A stretch of 64,000 bases of DNA, taken from a virus. Below the pieces are notes generated by a model, which was given only the letters and a program-made list of their open reading frames with translations, was not told where the DNA came from and searched no databases. Shown piece by piece: positions 9,035-21,813 of this stretch. Each line of letters begins with the position of its first letter. The stretch's first letter is position 1. The position numbers were made by a program, and so were the translations under genes. Location of the stretch: IMG/VR virus record IMGVR_UViG_3300050821_006746, positions 32,001-96,000 of that record, one strand, 5' to 3'.

Positions 9035-11195
9035 TTGGACAGAAAAGAGAAGGCTAACCGACGCGCCAAAGATGCCGTTATTGCGTTGCTTGTTGCATCC
9101 GAGCAGCCACCCAATGAGGCAGAGGCGCTAACTTCGATGTTGGAATGGGAAGACCTAACCTATACACAAGTGCTTGAGGCGCTTGATTATAACCTCAAGC
9201 ACAACGCCTATCGCAATGAGCAACTGGAGAACCATGCTAACTTATGTATTCGAGAAGCAGAGAAGGTGAAGGCGCGCAAACAGAGGGAGGCGGTTAGTGT
9301 CTAGACTTACCGAACCACGCCAGTACAAGCAGCGCACCCACGAAGAGATGCAAGACGCACTCAGACGCTTCTGCAACGCTGCATGGGGCAATCATGGGGC
9401 AAATGAGCGTAGTGTCTTCTCTATCCCACCTGACGATGAGGACGCTGATATTATTTTCTCTGATGTCATGCACGAACTGGTAGAGGCACGTAAACGGATC
9501 ATAGAACTTGAGGCAGAGGTACAATCGTTGCGAGAAAGAGAGAAAGAATAATGTGGGATATTCCTAAATACTGGTTAGTAGCATTCGGCATAGGATGCGC
9601 ATTCTTATTGCTTCTTTTGGCGTGGATCACAATATTTGTGCCACTCTTCAATCAAGCCGATTACAACAACTTCAATATCGAAGAGCAACTAGACAGAGCA
9701 GAGCGCATGGGCATTCTGAGCGCACTCAAGTGCTCAGTGAAGATGGCAACCATCTACAAATTGACGTTTGCCCATAGGATCGCCTGCTTAATGAGTGAGG
9801 TGCAGCCATGATCCATAGCGACGATCCCAAGATAACATTGCTCAAAGAGTGCTACGCATTGCTAGACGATATCCGAGATGAGGGTGTGTACAAATCAGCA
9901 ATCATTCCTGGTCTGCTTGCCCGTATAGTCCCGTTTATTTTTAGCCCTATCCCATACGAAGAGGTTTCCACAGTACGCTTTCGTTGTCCTGGTTGCCAAT
10001 CGGTGATGCTTGAGGTTTTACGCAGCGATTGGGCGACATGGGACCACATTACATGCGATTGTGGCAAACGTTACCGGGTTGTATGGTGTGAAGGCGAAAG
10101 CAAAGCGTATATTTTGGAGGATGTGCAGCCATGACTCATACTATCCCTGGTCGCGCTCATACGCCAGAACAAAAACGCGCAATCATCGAGCGCTTTTACG
10201 AAGCCTGGCTTGCTGTTCCTAATTGGCGGTTGCCTCAACTTATTTACAACGCTACTGGAGGCAAGGACATTTTCTATGTAGAGGATGAGCCTTTTATGGC
10301 AGAGATAGAGCAAATATCGGAACGATGGAGGCAACCATGACCCTCATCCTCTGGGCAACATCTCCCATCACATCAACGCTCGCCATATGGGCACTATCGC
10401 GCATCATCGGCGCTGGTATGTACTATTTCGCCGGTAGAGGAAGTAAGGTGCAATCGTGAAACAGCAGTATCACAAAACGGTCAAGCTCAAGGGATGGCAG
10501 ATCGAAGACGGAGAGGACATCGACAAAGCAATACAAGAGGTTTTGGAAATTATTGCTCAGCAAAAAGGAACAATCCACCTGATCGATTTCAAAATCTATC
10601 AGATAGATACACAGCCATTGCTAGCGCACCGCGAGACGTTCTTGACGGTTATGGCAGAAGAGGGGGAGTTATGAACACACCATGCCCACTCTGCAATACC
10701 CCAACAGACCTACACTCTGATTGTCCTGGCTATCCTGGTCGCGGCAGCAAAACAGGCTTTGTCATGGCATGCAACCCTCCATGCGGCAACGCCTGCCGCT
10801 TTGAGTGCCCTTCCTGCCATTGGTGGTATCGCACGCCAAACTGCCGCGATGCGAGCAAGATGGGCATTCGTCCCGATTGGCTAGACGCTGTACTGGCAGT
10901 GTTTGAGGAGGCGGAAAATGCGCTTTAAAAATAGGCAACGCAAGATAAGCAGAGGCGTAATGCCAATTCAAGAAATCCTAGACCAATACGGAGATATGCC
11001 CATGTGCGACTTTGTAGACCTTGCCATAACTCACGGTCTTATTCCACTGAACATGCATCTCAGCCCATACGATGAATTGGCAATATACCCACAACATCGG
11101 AGCACCCCAGCGCTGTCAGTGCAGAATGGGCCTGCATCATGAGCACAACACAAAAGCGGCGCACATTTCGCACGCCGCTAACCTCATCTGAATAC

Positions 11196-11435
11196 TCAAG
11201 CTGCTATGGATTTACGAGGAGGCTCTACCAGCGTACTCAAGTCAACTTCAAGCGCTCTGGCCAACTTGATAAGCGTTTCTCTTCGTGGCATTCGCCTACC
11301 ATTCTCAATAGTACTGATCGTATCAACATCAACATCTGCCCTAGTTGCCAAATCAACCTGTGTCATGAGACGGCTTTCTCTCACTTCTCGCAGGCGGAAC
11401 TTCGCCCCTACAGGTCTCTTTCGTGGTCTACCCAT
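11196..11435 (-). CDS. XRE-family HTH regulator
   Basis: LREVRESRLMTQVDLA...TISTIENGRRMP...LIKLARAL. Confidence 0.92.
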   Translation of the reverse strand: MGRPRKRPVGAKFRLREVRESRLMTQVDLATRADVDVDTISTIENGRRMPRRETLIKLARALEVDLSTLVEPPRKSIAA

Positions 11436-11561
11436 GTGTTATGTATCTCCTCATCGCTTATGTGGTTTGTGGTCTCTGAACATTTTCGGTGTATTTCTCT
11501 CAAGTTTAAATCACTGCCAAACAAAATTCAAGCCCAACTATCGAATGTACGTGTATTCACC

Positions 11562-11590
11562 TTGACAAACTTAGTGCAATCATGTAAGAT
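11562..11590 (+). promoter_or_regulatory. Sigma70 promoter divergent from the XRE gene
   Basis: TTGACA-17-TAAGAT. Confidence 0.7.
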
Positions 11591-12594
11591 ATCTAGAAAG
11601 AAAATCCGTTAAATTGCTAAGGAGACAATCAATGAGCAAAATCACGCCTGATCAAGAAACGTTCCTTGCTTTCGTAGCAAGTGAGATCGCAGGTCAGGAA
11701 CGCCTCAATCAATTCGCGACATACGAAGCTTTGAAGTGTATTTGCGAATACTATAATCACCCTACCGAATCAACAGCGCTTGACCTGTACTTTTTCTTGC
11801 GTACCCATGACGAAAGCAGGGCAATGGTCCACCAATTCAGGGAATACACACGAACACATCAGTTAAACGAAAACGATACCACCGTCAATCGCCAATTCAC
11901 ACCCGACGACAAAATTAGCATGGTCAAGGGCGCTATTATCGGTGCATTGGGCGGTGGTCACATCGATGGACGCGACGGGGCAAGTTATTGCAAGGCCGTG
12001 CTAGCAAGCATCGCTGAGATCCTCGATATCACTATCCCAGAAGATCTCAAGGCGGCAAACGGACTGCACTAGGAGCGCAACAATGAAAACAATCGATCAA
12101 CTCAGCAAATCGGGCCTGCGCAAACGTCGCCAGCATATCATGACCATGCCGTTGACGCCTGTCCGTGCTGAGAAAATCCGGCAAATTGAGGCGAGAGAGT
12201 GGGAGTTGTATCGAGAGGAGAATCCGCCAGTGAAGGCGCCTGCAAATTTTTTTGTACGGGAAGAGGAGTGGTAAATGAGATTCAAAGTACGAACCGCCGT
12301 CCAATTGACGCAAGAGCAACTGGCCACGCTGCAACGTCATGGTTGCAGGCCCATACCCTATATCACATGGGACCATGAATGGGTCTTTGCAGCGTATTGC
12401 GAGGATGGACAAGAGCAAGAATTGCGCAATCAGGCATGGCGCAAGCGGCGCGAACACAACCGCAAAATGATGTACTTCTTTGCTCTAATGGAGCAAGAGA
12501 CGGTCTCGCTGCAAGGCACGATGGTTGCTCTTGCTGAGGTCTACGTGGATGCCGCCCAGATGGCTGCAACGAACACAAAGAAGGAGCAAGAAGC

Positions 12595-12996
12595 ATGAGC
12601 AACTTCAACAACACAACCATTGTGGTAGCATCCATTTCACCACACATCTGGGAACAGGATAAAGGCGTTTGGAAGCAGTGGGTAACATCCATCGACGTTT
12701 CGTTCAAGACGAAGGAGACATACAAGCGGATTATCACACATTTCTACGGACTGCTTAATCTACCTATCTCTCAGATAACTGAGCAGCACATCAACGATTA
12801 TCGAGACTATCTGGTAGAAGATGGTAGAACTGAGAGAACTGTCAGAACCTACATAACCGTCATTAACAAGTATTGGCGGTTTGCTCAGGCATTGCAAAAA
12901 GCAAGAACAGCAACGGAAGAGACGTACCACGATCTGACCGAACTAGAAGTCTCGGTATTTGCTCAGGTTCAGCAAGAAATGGCAGGTGAAGCATGA
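12595..12996 (+). CDS. Stand-alone integrase N-terminal (SAM-like core-binding) domain protein
   Basis: SFKTKETY...ITEQHINDYRDYL...TERTVRTYITVINKYWRF; no catalytic domain. Confidence 0.75.
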   Translation: MSNFNNTTIVVASISPHIWEQDKGVWKQWVTSIDVSFKTKETYKRIITHFYGLLNLPISQITEQHINDYRDYLVEDGRTERTVRTYITVINKYWRFAQALQKARTATEETYHDLTELEVSVFAQVQQEMAGEA

Positions 12997-13541
12997 GCAT
13001 AGCCAATCCTGAAAACGTTCTCTGTACGCATCCCAACCAGTACCCGAAATTCGAGATTGACGTGATACCGGGCACAGATTGGGAGCTAGAAATCCGAAGT
13101 GAGCATGTCATTTATGCCTATCGATGGGATGACGAAGAATTTACCATGCAATACATCCTGTGGCCAAACGGAAACGATGCCATATTCACATCTCGTGACG
13201 ACGCCATAGAGGCTTGTAAACAATTCGAGGAGACGAAAACAAAATGAGCGAAGAGAGACAAATTGAAATTCGCCCTTTTGGCCAAATTGTTTGTCATCGC
13301 ACGCCGTCTAACCCGAAGTTTATGCGAGACCAGCATGTGATACGTCGCAACGCTACCGATGAGAGCAAGTTGGGCAACTTTGTAGCCTACTGCGAGGATG
13401 CGCGGCTTGCTTGGGTCTTCTGGGCAGGCGAGACTGAGGCAAGGAAAGTGCTACTCTCGAATTTGGCATCTATCGAGGATTGGCGTGTTGCTCGTGAACA
13501 ACAGGCTAACCTTGCGAATTATTGGAAATAGGAGCATCAAC

Positions 13542-13865
13542 ATGGAAAAACCGACTATTGTCTGTCTCTGCGGTTCCACTCGCTTCTCAGATGCATTTCA
13601 CGAAGCCAACTTACGCGAAACCCTGGCAGGCCGCATTGTCTTATCCATCGGTTGCGATTTCAAGAGTGACACCGACCTTTTGCTAGCCGGTGAACTCACT
13701 ACGGCAGACAAACATCGCCTAGACGAGCTGCACCTGCGTAAGATCGATTTAGCCGATGAGGTGCTTGTGCTCAACGTTGGCGGATACATCGGACAATCGA
13801 CAAGCAACGAGATTGCCTACGCCCAAAACCACAACAAGCCTATTCGTTGGCTGGAAGCTTTGTAG
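13542..13865 (+). CDS. Nucleoside 2-deoxyribosyltransferase-like / DUF4406-like protein
   Basis: IVCLCGSTRF, HLRKIDLADEVLVLNVGGYIGQSTSNEIAYA. Confidence 0.65.
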   Translation: MEKPTIVCLCGSTRFSDAFHEANLRETLAGRIVLSIGCDFKSDTDLLLAGELTTADKHRLDELHLRKIDLADEVLVLNVGGYIGQSTSNEIAYAQNHNKPIRWLEAL

Positions 13866-14464
13866 TTCGTATTTTACTCCTTCAGTGACAGGAGAACACA
13901 TCATGTACACACTCGAAGAACGAGACGGCGCATTATACGCCAAAGAAACGAGCATTAACGAATGGCTTCCGCGCCAGGACGAAAACTGGTACTTGCTCGC
14001 CACCCCTTACCGAAATTTCGTTTCGTGGTTTGCTTCTGAGGAAGCAGCTCGCCAACTTCTCGGCATGGAAATCCGTGCTACCATCAACAATCCTGCGGTG
14101 GTTTTCCGAAATCACTTAGGTTGGCTTTTCCATCGGGCCGACGCCAGTTCTAAACCCGCCTATACCGAATCTACCCCCATACCTTCGCCAAAGATCAAAG
14201 GTCGCTGCAAGGTTGTGTGGCACAAAGGCGCATGGCACAAGGAAACCGTGAAGGGATTGGTGAAAGTCGCATGAAACCAAGCCTCAAACTACTCTACTAC
14301 TCGCTAGAACGAGCGAGCATGACCTACGCCGAAACAGGCTCACCCTATGCTCAGCAACGCGCAATTGAACTCATCGGAGAATTGCACCAATGTCTAGACG
14401 ATGTTGAACAAATCATCCTCTCAGAAGAGCGCACGCCCACTACAGGCGAATCGGAGGCGCAAGG

Positions 14465-15157
14465 ATGAAAGTTCTTATCGTAGATGAAAATTCTAATATG
14501 GTCCACATGCTCTCTGGCCTGCTCAAGCATCAAGTGGGTATCGATGTACTGGAGGCCAGTTCTCTCAGGCAAGTCGAGCAAGGCTGGCAGTGGAAACCTG
14601 ATCTTGTACTCATTGACCCTCTAGACGATACGGGCATCGACTTTTGCACCCAACTGCGCAAGAAACATGACCCGCTCATCCTGGCAATGAGCAGAGACAG
14701 AGCAAACGAAGCGCCCTATCTCGAAAACGGCGCTGATGCTTACATTCAGAAGCCGTTCCTGCCTGAGAAAGTTCTTGCGCATATCCATGCTCTTGCTCGT
14801 AGACCACGTTCGCAAGCCAGTATCAATAGCGGCATTATGCGCATAGGCAACCTGACTATTGACTCAGTGCGCAACCAGGCTCAAGCACAAGACTCTACGA
14901 TTGCGCTGACTACCATAGAGTGCCGATTGCTCTGGTATCTCGCCAACAATGCACCGCGTATTTGCTCATATGCTTTGCTAGTCGATTATGCATGGAATAT
15001 CAATATCCCTTGTGTCCGAGAAAAAACGGACACCAACTTGCTCAAAGTGTTCATGTTCCATTTGCGCAAGAAACTGGCAACACTTGGCCGCATGGGAACA
15101 GTCGAGAATGTTGTAGGCACTGGATATCAATTTATCCCAGCAGAGGAGCAATCATGA
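14465..15157 (+). CDS. OmpR/PhoB-family response regulator (orphan)
   Basis: KVLIVDE, PDLVLID, GADAYIQKPF receiver; winged helix LTTIECRLL...LRKKL...VGTGY. Confidence 0.9.
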   Translation: MKVLIVDENSNMVHMLSGLLKHQVGIDVLEASSLRQVEQGWQWKPDLVLIDPLDDTGIDFCTQLRKKHDPLILAMSRDRANEAPYLENGADAYIQKPFLPEKVLAHIHALARRPRSQASINSGIMRIGNLTIDSVRNQAQAQDSTIALTTIECRLLWYLANNAPRICSYALLVDYAWNINIPCVREKTDTNLLKVFMFHLRKKLATLGRMGTVENVVGTGYQFIPAEEQS

Positions 15158-15516
15158 GCGACAACGACCTACATCTTGAGATTAACGATAAATGCATCGA
15201 TAAGGGAACGCCTGTTTTATTGGGCAAAAACACAGTCTTTCACTTTTCGCCGCCGCTCAACGAGGATTACTGGATATTCCGTGTCATGCTACACAAAGAT
15301 CAGGCAGTTGTGGGATTTCCGAAGTACTCAGGAATAGGCATTGGCTTTGCTCAAGAGGAGCACTACAACGTTAACCTGCCATACAGGTGCAATGCTGCAA
15401 TGGTCTACGATCACATCGAAGAGAACAAGCGCTACGATGAGATCACCAAAGAGCAGTGCATACAGGCAATACACCTGATCCAAGAAGCAGCAGAACGGTA
15501 CCAGCAATCACAATGA
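15154..15516 (+). CDS. Hypothetical protein
   Basis: ATGA-coupled start with GAGGAG SD. Confidence 0.65.
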   Translation: MSDNDLHLEINDKCIDKGTPVLLGKNTVFHFSPPLNEDYWIFRVMLHKDQAVVGFPKYSGIGIGFAQEEHYNVNLPYRCNAAMVYDHIEENKRYDEITKEQCIQAIHLIQEAAERYQQSQ

Positions 15517-16315
15517 CCAGAGACCATCTTTGGCTCGCACTCAGCGGCGCTCTGCTCGTGGCGTTCGCGCTTGCCGCTATTTGGCTGTTTAGTGCGCATT
15601 ATTCGCTATTATTTGTTTCGTTTTAGGAGCATTTTATGAGTAAAAGTGGTGGATACCTTGATGTGGTTAATGACGATCTTATCTCTCGACGTGGCTTGAC
15701 GCTCAGACCACACCCAAAGCAGGTTGTGCTTGAAGGCATCCAATCTGTGGAGGATAATCGCTTTCCAGATGGTCGTGCCCTGGCACCAATAATTAGCAAA
15801 CACGAATGTGCGTGCTGGGTATGCCATCCTGAGATGTTTCCTGATGGTGAAGTTGAGGAAGGGACTGTGAGCGTGCGCAAATGGCTTACACCACGTTTCT
15901 GGAAAACGACTCTCGATGGACAACCATGCGGGTTTGTCAAAGAGGCAAAACCAGGACGACAGGGTCATGTGTGGGTATCACGAACGCCGCCACATGCCTG
16001 CTCTTGTGGTAGTCACTATTCTTGCACAATGATGTTGCATGGCAACGTAACGGTCACACCTGACGGAGATGATTACAAATGATTGTACAGCAACCCATCA
16101 CAGCACAGCAAAAAGCCGAGATGAAGACCCTGGCAAAGCAGTGCAAGGCAAAGGTCTCATTCAGTGGGCCACACATCGCACTCACAACCAAGTGCTTCTC
16201 AGGGCGCTATCCCAACAACATGGACGGCTATAGCGCCGCACTGGCAATACTTGAGAAGTTAACGCCGAAACAATCGTAGTGCATCACTTATCCCGTCAGT
16301 GATCGGGAGGACATC

Positions 16316-16927
16316 ATGAATACGCTTATACCCATTGATCCAATAGAGAATAATTTGTTAGGCAAAAGCAATGAATGGTACACACCATCTCGCTATATCG
16401 AAGCCGCAAAGGAAGTCATGGGCGGCATTGATCTTGACCCTGCTTCGAGTGAAGTAGCCAACAAAACCGTTAAGGCAGCAAGGTACTACACCATCAAGGA
16501 TAACGGACTCCTGCAGGATTGGCGTGGTCGCATATGGCTCAATCCCCCCTATGGACGCACGACTAAAATGCAGGGTCAGCACAAAAGCACCATCTATTTG
16601 TTCACCGAAAAGCTTATCAAATCCTATGAGAGCGGAGAAGTTGAGCAAGCTATCATTTTGGCAACCACTGAGGTAAATGCGCGGTGGTTTTATCCGCTCT
16701 GGAAATATCCCATATGCATACCTGACCATCGCGTCCATTTTATGGTTGATGAGAAGCTAGAAAAATATTGCCAGATGTTTGGCACCTGCTTTGCTTACCT
16801 CGGACCTAACGAAGCTCATTTTACAGAAGTCTTTTCTAGGTTTGGGCATGTTGTCAAAACCGTTGGACGGCCAGCGCCAAAGCCAATAGCACTAGACCTG
16901 TGGACACCAACAAGCGTGGCACCGTAA
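16316..16927 (+). CDS. Phage DNA N6-adenine methyltransferase
   Basis: NEWYTP, IDLDPAS, WLNPPYG. Confidence 0.9.
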   Translation: MNTLIPIDPIENNLLGKSNEWYTPSRYIEAAKEVMGGIDLDPASSEVANKTVKAARYYTIKDNGLLQDWRGRIWLNPPYGRTTKMQGQHKSTIYLFTEKLIKSYESGEVEQAIILATTEVNARWFYPLWKYPICIPDHRVHFMVDEKLEKYCQMFGTCFAYLGPNEAHFTEVFSRFGHVVKTVGRPAPKPIALDLWTPTSVAP

Positions 16928-17077
16928 CGCGTTCCTTAGCCTCTCAGCACGAGGTGACCCATGACATCATTCAGCGCCTATGCGCTTACTAATAGATACA
17001 GATTCACCAACAATAGTTGCAGATTCTTGCAATCACTTGCATTTCACGGCAAATTCGTATATCCTAGTACTGACACG

Positions 17078-17106
17078 TTGACTTCGTTAGATCAGTGTGT
17101 TATCAT
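17078..17106 (+). promoter_or_regulatory. Sigma70 promoter
   Basis: TTGACT-17-TATCAT. Confidence 0.65.
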
Positions 17107-17132
17107 GATAACGAGCGAACAGGAGAACCAAC

Positions 17133-17333
17133 ATGTTTATGGCAGAAATAGCGTACACGCCAGAGGAGGTAGCAAAGAGGCTCAGCATCACGCCGCGCAT
17201 GGCAACAGAGTATCTACGAACGGGCAAAATACCGGGTGGGTACAAGGTAGCTGGTCAGTGGAGAATAGACGAGCCAGACCTCACGAACTTTATAACAGAG
17301 CAGAAGCGCAAGGCTTCACAAAAGGACTCATAG
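17133..17333 (+). CDS. Excisionase-like HTH_17 protein
   Basis: YTPEEVAKRLSITPRMATEYLRTGKIPGGYKVAGQWRI. Confidence 0.88.
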   Translation: MFMAEIAYTPEEVAKRLSITPRMATEYLRTGKIPGGYKVAGQWRIDEPDLTNFITEQKRKASQKDS

Positions 17334-17464
17334 GGGTTATCCCCAAAAACGACATTGAGCCACCTAAACTTTGGCGAGTAGCAGGTGGCCCATGAACAAA
17401 GATCTCAGCAGAACGTTTAATGCGTTCTGACGAGCGACTTTGTGTCCATTCACTGGACAAATTA

Positions 17465-17493
17465 ACTATACACTATCCGGCAAGCCGCGTCAA
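17465..17493 (-). promoter_or_regulatory. Antisense sigma70 promoter
   Basis: TTGACG-17-TATAGT on the minus strand. Confidence 0.65.
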
Positions 17494-20400
17494 GGTGAAA
17501 CACCAACGACGACTTGAAACAGCGAGACACATACAAGCGAAAGAAGGAGAGCGATGAGCACACAACCAACGCCATTGATGATTAAAACTCTAGAGCAAAT
17601 TGGGAACGACACCGTAACTGGATGGGGCTACAACAACAACCCGAATGGACAGCGCAACCTCAATGCCAACATAACCCACGCATTGATTAAACGTGGACTG
17701 CTAGAGCCTGCTGGTGAAATGTCATGGAGTGGGCAGAACACGCCTGTGTACCGTCTCTCTGAGTCAGGGAAGCAAGCATTGAGTGCTGCACTACCGCCCA
17801 CGACACCGAAAGATGAGTCTTGGAAATTAGTGTTTGCGAGAGGTGAACAATGGGCATAACAAAAATCACGTCAGCGCAACAGCAGATCCTCAACCAAATG
17901 CGCAGAGGCTATGCGCTCATTTCTCATATGGACACCAAATACCGTTCATTCAACATGCCTGCTGAGCATGGCGGATACCTGCTCAACACAGCGTCTTGTG
18001 CCATGAAGCCCGTTCTTCTCTCGACAATTAAAGCCATGCTTGGTAAAAATCTGATTGCCGAGGAAAAGCGCTATGTCTCATCAGATGGCTTCTGTGGTGA
18101 ACACCAGACGGAGAGGTGGCGCATTCACTACAAACTCAACCTGTGCATTCACTGCTATGAGCAGCCTGCTAGCGATCAGTTCAATGGCATGTTCTGCGCT
18201 GCATGCGCCAATGAGATGGGTGAGCAGTGGGAAACCGAACAAAACGAGCGTGTGAAGGAGATGGCGCAATGAACAAAAGAATGATCACGGCTATTACACC
18301 CAGGTCTGATTTTGTTGAGGTCGATCTAGCCTGTGGGCACACAATACGGTGGTTCCCGTTTAGCGAACAAACCCCTCAGCAATTGGCAGAGCACATGCAA
18401 AACCTAACACCCAAGCCAATACAAGTAGGCAAGACAAAGTTAAATTGCAAGGAGTGCACACAATGAGCAACGAAGAACGACAAGTATCGTGGATTGGCAC
18501 ACTCCACGTCACGTACAAAGCAGGCGATACCGGTATGATTATCCCCGAATATATCCTTGCCCGCATGACACCAGAACTGGTAGCAAGCGAATTGGAAAGC
18601 ATCGCACGACAAATCAGAGACGGTCAAGTACCGGATCAAGTCAAGCCGATCGATGAGGTTGATATTCTCCACCTGCGGCAAATTGCAGAGTGGCTAGAGC
18701 AACGCTATGGCACATCCAAGGAAACCATCGCGCTCCAGCCACAAGCGAAAGGACAACAACAATGATTACTGACGAGGCGATACTACAAGCAATCGAATAC
18801 AGGATGGATCAGTTAAACGCAACATTCAGCCTTGAGGATGGGCACATTTGCAGCAATAACGCTGATCTAGGAACCATTTCAAAAGTGTATCATCTTCCAC
18901 TTCATTGTCTTGCCCAACTAATCTGGAAAAGTAAGGAAGAGGCAGAGGTGAAAGCATGACACCAATCACAGCCGCCGCCACTATCCAGCGCATTGCTGAC
19001 AGTGGACTCGATATCAGCACTGAGGATTATCGGGCACTGGTAGAGGTTGCCCAATGGCTAGCGACGTTGCAAGAGCCAGTGAGCACGGAACTTGACGACA
19101 TAATTGACACACTCGACGAAACAATTGATGAGATTGTAGATACCATCCTTGACGACAACAATGTTGACACCCTCAACGATGAAGAAAGAGTTTCGCCAGA
19201 AACGTGGCTTTCTGCAAAAACAGAAATTTTGGCATTGTTGGCTCAGCGCAAGGAGAAGGCACAATGAGCAAACTCAGTTTCGCTTGTGGTCACACCGAAG
19301 AGCAAGAGCACGCACTGGTCAATGAGTTCTTTGACGGCTTGCGCGCTTACATGAAACAGTGTGGGCGCTTCATGGGCAAGCCGATTGCCGAGAACTGGCA
19401 AACACTCGACGAGCAAGCAAAAGATCACCACATTAATGTTCTGTTTGTGCGCCATGCGGTTACGCTCACAAAGTTGGCACACGACGCGATACACGAGGCG
19501 ACAAAAGCATGAACCACGAAGGCAAGCACTACATACACACCACTAAAGCGTGGTACTACGCTGATTGGGCACCACAGGAGTGGCAAGACGAAATTCGCTT
19601 TTTCACAGAGGGATCGGGAGCAATGTACATGCGCTGGTATGCTCGTCCCAACTTAACATCACGTTTAGAGGTGAACATAGGCGAGATGTATGCACTGACG
19701 ACACAAACGGAACTACTTTCAACGTTGGCTCACATTGCTGTGAGCGGCGAGAAAATGGCACCCGATGATTTTCGCGAGATCCTTGAGGAATGTGGTTTTG
19801 TGGATAGCACGCCTCTTACACAAAAAGGGCACCCCAACGAGGAGACACAATCATGATAGGGTTATCAGACATCGCAGAACAGGGCGAAGAATCGGGAAGA
19901 GAAGAAGCGGCATGTGATTATCCGTTCCTTCCTGATCCTCTAGATTATCGAGAATTGCGTCAATATGGGCGTGGTCGTGCGCAAGGCTTATACCGATTAC
20001 GCGGCAAAGCAGCACGTGTGTTTGCGCACAACTGGTCTATAGGCTACATAGCTGAGTGCAATTTATATAAACTGGTTTGCTCAGCAGAATTGCAGGAGGC
20101 GCAATCATGATAACACTCACCACAGGTGCACATCTCGCCAGTGTGCGAGAACGCCTCACAGCGCCGCTAGACGAGCAAAGCTATAACGACCTGGCAGTGG
20201 TAGCGCTCTTCTACTCGACGCACGCCACGACTGAGCAGCGTGTTGAGGCGGCATTGCTCTATGTGGAGGTGGTTCGCAAGGCGGCAGAGGCGAGACGAGC
20301 AACGCGACAAGATGATATAGCATGACACGTTGACATAATGTTGAGACAAGCGAGCAGTAAGGATAGCAACATGGAACAAGAGAAGCCACTCACAATCGAG

Positions 20401-20782
20401 CAGCGCATTACTCGTATCCGCCAATGTATGCAGGCTGCGGGCGAGGATTGCGTAGCATTGGGTAATCAGTGGAGCGAGTTTGGCGATTGGAACAATGGGC
20501 CACGCTTCTCTGTTCGCAGTCAGATAATGCCTGAGAATATGCAGGAAGCCACAAAGGAGACGCCACAAAATGCAATTTGAGCAAGCAACCAAGAACCTGA
20601 CAGATCGCACTGACTGCAACCCGAATGATTATGAGGCAATTCAATACTTCCTCATCGAGTTTGCGGAGCACATTCTTATGCATACTACACCTGCGGCAGG
20701 GAGCACGATCAAGAAGTATCAGGGGATGTCTGTAGAGCAAATCGTGGTGGCTCTTCCCGATATGCCAGAAATGGAGTGACCT

Positions 20783-21208
20783 ATGAGCAGAGAACTACTT
20801 TTCCGCGCCTGGACTGGCAAGACGATGATGTACCAAGATCGGCAATACTTGGGATCATTCATCCGTCGCGTGGTCATACAAGTCTTGATGGATCACGATT
20901 TTCCCGAAGCGATGAAGCGCAAAAGCTACTTGCCCAAAGGGACCAAAATTGACGATTATCTCATGCAATACATCAACAATGAGGATATCTGCGGCAAAAA
21001 AATCTACGACGAGGACATTGTGATGCTACGTGGTAGCAACTACCCGACGCGCTATCAAGTGTACTGGAATGTGGATCAGTGGGACGTGAAAGATGCTCAG
21101 GGCAATGGCTATGATCGTGGCTACTACGAGAGTGGCTCTATTAACTGGAGAAGTGGCTTGGAAGTTATCGGCAATATGCGCGAAACCCCTAACTTACTCA
21201 ACAATTAG
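20783..21208 (+). CDS. YopX-family protein
   Basis: RELLFRAW, LMQY...GKKIYDEDIV, LEVIGNMRETPNLL. Confidence 0.88.
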   Translation: MSRELLFRAWTGKTMMYQDRQYLGSFIRRVVIQVLMDHDFPEAMKRKSYLPKGTKIDDYLMQYINNEDICGKKIYDEDIVMLRGSNYPTRYQVYWNVDQWDVKDAQGNGYDRGYYESGSINWRSGLEVIGNMRETPNLLNN

Positions 21209-21286
21209 CCTGCCCTACGGCAGTGTACATAGAGGTGTCCAGTGACCACCAACATCAGCGCCCAGCGCGCATATGATACAATCGAC

Positions 21287-21329
21287 TTGACATTAGCCAA
21301 CAGATCAAGTAAAATGGCATTAGCCAACA
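21287..21329 (+). promoter_or_regulatory. Sigma70 promoter with direct-repeat operator
   Basis: TTGACA-17-TAAAAT; CATTAGCCAACA at 21291 and 21318. Confidence 0.7.
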
Positions 21330-21338
21330 AGGAGAATA

Positions 21339-21566
21339 ATGGATTTGGAAGCAGTAAAGGAGATCATCTCTTCGCAGGGATGGACACCGCAGGAAAGGAA
21401 GAAGCAGAGAGGGACGCTCTATTTGTACGCTGCCAAATGGGATGTAGAGGAACAAAAAACCATGTGGCGATACATTTGTGCGATATCCCAGGCGGAATAT
21501 CTCACAGAGGAGCAAATACTAGCAACACTCAGCAGACCACCGAGAACAAAAAGAAAGCCAGCTTAG
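21339..21566 (+). CDS. Small protein with basic tail, probable autoregulator
   Basis: Own promoter, AAGGAG SD, flanking repeats. Confidence 0.6.
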   Translation: MDLEAVKEIISSQGWTPQERKKQRGTLYLYAAKWDVEEQKTMWRYICAISQAEYLTEEQILATLSRPPRTKRKPA

Positions 21567-21784
21567 CGCTGGCTAATGATAACAGCGACCCGCCATTGGT
21601 TGGCACCCTACGCGGGCCGTAAAACAAACTGAACCGCCAGGCAACGTGTTCAGCGTTGTCTAGAGGCTACGTGCGCCTTGTGATAGGCACATTGTTCATT
21701 TTACCTGATTGAACAAAGGAATGCAAGGATGGTAGCGAAATCGTGACGAATATTCCAGCAAATCAAAAATCATTGTCTTACCCC

Positions 21785-21813
21785 TTGACATTTGCGTTCG
21801 TATCGAATACAAT
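21785..21813 (+). promoter_or_regulatory. Sigma70 promoter upstream of the methylase/replication block
   Basis: TTGACA-17-TACAAT. Confidence 0.7.
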
